A stretch of DNA of 64,000 nucleotides from assembly GCA_021613535.1 (NCBI GenBank), contig CP075494.1, positions 5,332,001 to 5,396,000 of the forward strand, read 5' to 3'. The DNA is from Adineta vaga (taxonomy: Eukaryota; Animalia; Rotifera). Under the pieces are notes generated by a model. That model worked only from the letters and a program-made list of their open reading frames with translations, searched no databases and had not been told where the DNA came from. Shown here piece after piece: positions 61,518 to 64,000 of this stretch. The stretch's first letter is position 1. Each line of letters begins with the position of its first letter. The translations under genes and the position numbers were made by a program.

Positions 61518-64000
61518 CTATTCATCATCATCGTCATTACTACTCACAGATTGATTTAAAAAAGAAGGGTCCCCGTTGTCACTGTTGGCATGCTCAGATA
61601 ATGATGCAGTTGATTGTATTGATGAGTGTTCTCTTGAACGCTTCTCGTATAGACATGAAGCAAGACGTGATACTCTTTCTGATTGAATAAAATCAGCATC
61701 AATTCTATTTAATTCTTCTCGTCGACTGATTTCACTTGCATCTCCTATCAAGTATTTAATAAGAAGCCAGTAGACAACCTCTTTCAATGGACCAGCACAA
61801 TGATAAGTACAACGAGCCCAAAGAGCATCTTGCAATTCAATAAGCCACACATCTTCATTTGAACTCGGGTCTAACATCATGTCGCACAACGCATTTCTAA
61901 CTGGTTGATATGATATGAGTGAAGATTTAACAAGATGAAGAAGTATTTTAACAGCAAGATATCGAACATTCATTGATTTTGATTTCAAATAAGAATATAA
62001 AAGATCTGTAACGGCCTTTTCATCTTTAATTCCAGTAATTCGTGTTATACATTGATAGCATGTATTTTGTATATGTGTATCATCAAATAATGCTTGAACC
62101 ATCATTTCGCAAAATTGAATTGTTAATTCTCCGAACACGGATAAAATAGTTAGACAAGCAGCACGTTGTGGAAAATTATGTTGTTTACTCGTATAGAACA
62201 AAGAAAGCTTGATATCATCTTCACAATTCAAACTTCTAACAGCACCACAGAATGTTTCAGGCATTCGAACAGCAATTAAACTGGCAATTTTTACATATTG
62301 AGGATTTCCATATGACAAATAGTATTCTACAATCCCAAATGGCATGATACGATCAGTAAAATGACGAATGGAATCATATAATTCCATCAGAAAGATGGAC
62401 AGTAGAGAGGGATATTGTTCAATAAATTCAGCTACAGCAATTTCACTGTTCTCTTGTACATCATAAAGAAATATATATGCTGTCGCTTCAATTAATGCAT
62501 GATAACATTGAATATGATCAGCGCCAAGTGTCTCAAATAAGAATGACGTGTCTTTTACAGCACGTCCAAAACCATTACGAGCAGCTTTAACAACATCCTG
62601 TGAGGAATGCCGCAGTAAAATTGCAAATAAGTCTATATCAGCTAGATCGAATGCAATATGATTTACTGAAACACAATAAGTATAACCTGAAATGAAGGCA
62701 ATTAAAACCTCATTGGAATAACTTGGAGTGTCACTACTCAGGTCATTCAATATTTCTTGCACTTTTTCGAATAGATTCTTGTAAGTTGCTCCACTGCATA
62801 TATAACTGAGAGCGGTAGCTGCTGCAATTTGAATTTCCTTGTTACAACAGATTTTAAATAATTCCATTAGCGCTTCGATAGCTATTTGACGTGTCTCTTC
62901 TGTATGATTTAATTCATTTGCTAAACTTACAACTATGGAGACAACGAATTCAGCATGACTTTGCACAACGACATCTGATGTTGCATCACCATCAATCTCC
63001 AAGAAAGGTATGAAATTAGACGCGATCATATCACATAAATAAATGATCAAATCACCAGATATCTTAAATAGATTAGCATATGAGAAAGCATCTGTAATCA
63101 TGTCCGATGTAAGATAAGAAGCTACGATAGGATTTATTGATGATTTCGATCTATTCAATAAATATTCTCTGTTATTTAAGATATAAATCCTATATCTCTC
63201 TAACCAAAGAAATGTCTCCAAATGCGATTGATTATCCACAGTTGTTGTTGAAAGCATTCGACCTAAAGTAAATTTCATCGATGCTGACGTCTGTTGATAA
63301 TGACCTTTTTTCTTAGCTAAAGCTATGATGATGTCTAAACCAAATTTCGAGCTCGTTCGAATATCGTTATCACTATCTGTCCTCATAAGTACTTCTGTTC
63401 GCTGACGAAAACGATCGTTTTCACAACATAATAAATCACACAAGATTGTAGCAACATCAATAGACCATAAATTAGAATTAGCGAGAAGAAGAGTAGCATG
63501 ATAAGCAAATGAAGAAAATTCATTAGAATCCTTCCATTTCAACCAAGATTCTAATAAAAGACGTGCTTTAAATTCGACGATATTCATACGATGTAGAGCT
63601 TTGTTGAGCACTGCAAGAACTTGTCCTAAAGAACTCGACTGTTGTATCGATGCAGCAAATTGAAGAAACTTTGTTAATGCTAATGCTTGTGCTTCGGTAA
63701 AAATTGAACCTTCGAAATGAAATTGATTTGTTATTAATAACTCATCAATAGGAAGCGAATGTTCATTAATTTTCAAACATTGATGTAGATCACTCGTTAG
63801 TTGTAAGAGATATACATTGGACATCAACACTGAAGAAGATAAACTTTCATCGGTAAACACGTTGAAATATTTCTGCAAAACAGTTGATTTTGTATGTATC
63901 TCAATGCTTTCATCTGTTGTATTCTGTGGAAAATACTTTGTTACGGAAGAAAAACTAGAAGACGACAATATATATGGTAATAAGGCTTCATTCACAGCTT
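61518..64000 (-). CDS. C-terminal part of a large alpha-helical (HEAT/ARM-like) repeat protein; 5' end lies beyond the window
   Basis: Uninterrupted frame of more than 825 codons running to the window edge. HEAT-like segments 'LLRHSSQDVVKAA', 'YLKSKSMNVRYLAVKIL', 'EIQIAAATAL'. Confidence 0.7.
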   Translation of the reverse strand, partial: AVNEALLPYILSSSSFSSVTKYFPQNTTDESIEIHTKSTVLQKYFNVFTDESLSSSVLMSNVYLLQLTSDLHQCLKINEHSLPIDELLITNQFHFEGSIFTEAQALALTKFLQFAASIQQSSSLGQVLAVLNKALHRMNIVEFKARLLLESWLKWKDSNEFSSFAYHATLLLANSNLWSIDVATILCDLLCCENDRFRQRTEVLMRTDSDNDIRTSSKFGLDIIIALAKKKGHYQQTSASMKFTLGRMLSTTTVDNQSHLETFLWLERYRIYILNNREYLLNRSKSSINPIVASYLTSDMITDAFSYANLFKISGDLIIYLCDMIASNFIPFLEIDGDATSDVVVQSHAEFVVSIVVSLANELNHTEETRQIAIEALMELFKICCNKEIQIAAATALSYICSGATYKNLFEKVQEILNDLSSDTPSYSNEVLIAFISGYTYCVSVNHIAFDLADIDLFAILLRHSSQDVVKAARNGFGRAVKDTSFLFETLGADHIQCYHALIEATAYIFLYDVQENSEIAVAEFIEQYPSLLSIFLMELYDSIRHFTDRIMPFGIVEYYLSYGNPQYVKIASLIAVRMPETFCGAVRSLNCEDDIKLSLFYTSKQHNFPQRAACLTILSVFGELTIQFCEMMVQALFDDTHIQNTCYQCITRITGIKDEKAVTDLLYSYLKSKSMNVRYLAVKILLHLVKSSLISYQPVRNALCDMMLDPSSNEDVWLIELQDALWARCTYHCAGPLKEVVYWLLIKYLIGDASEISRREELNRIDADFIQSERVSRLASCLYEKRSREHSSIQSTASLSEHANSDNGDPSFLNQSVSSNDDDDE

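Noticed and set aside
1-64000. CRISPR arrays, tRNA/rRNA genes, telomeric repeats
   Set aside because: No repeat-spacer periodicity or recognisable structural RNA seen by eye; a covariance-model scan was not possible.

Overview
AT-rich eukaryotic genomic DNA, gene-dense, with mostly short (~50-60 nt) GT-AG introns. Gene content and style (expanded intronless GPCRs, TRAF, b561 genes, several bacterial-type genes) suggest a bdelloid rotifer such as Adineta or Rotaria; this is an inference. Conserved metazoan genes: VPS13D-like, septin-7-like, ACSL3/4-like, ATP synthase subunit b, RluA-type pseudouridine synthase, RNF217-like RBR ligase, TRAF, SKP1, DnaJ, KDEL-receptor-like. The window also holds a complete DD37E Tc1/mariner-superfamily transposon with one nonsense codon, a GPCR array bracketed by two cytochrome b561 paralogues sharing a near-identical tract, and two decayed pseudogenes. 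Candidate horizontally acquired genes are an FAD monooxygenase, a single-barrel cobalamin-independent methionine synthase and a Leg1-like gene. The best candidate for an undescribed system is a head-to-head intronless pair at 39.85-42.4 kb: an HTTM (vitamin-K carboxylase/SdpB-like) membrane protein and a fatty-acid-hydroxylase/sterol-desaturase fused to an unknown domain, possibly a domesticated prokaryotic or viral gene cluster. All family calls come from motif recognition by eye; no database searches were run.
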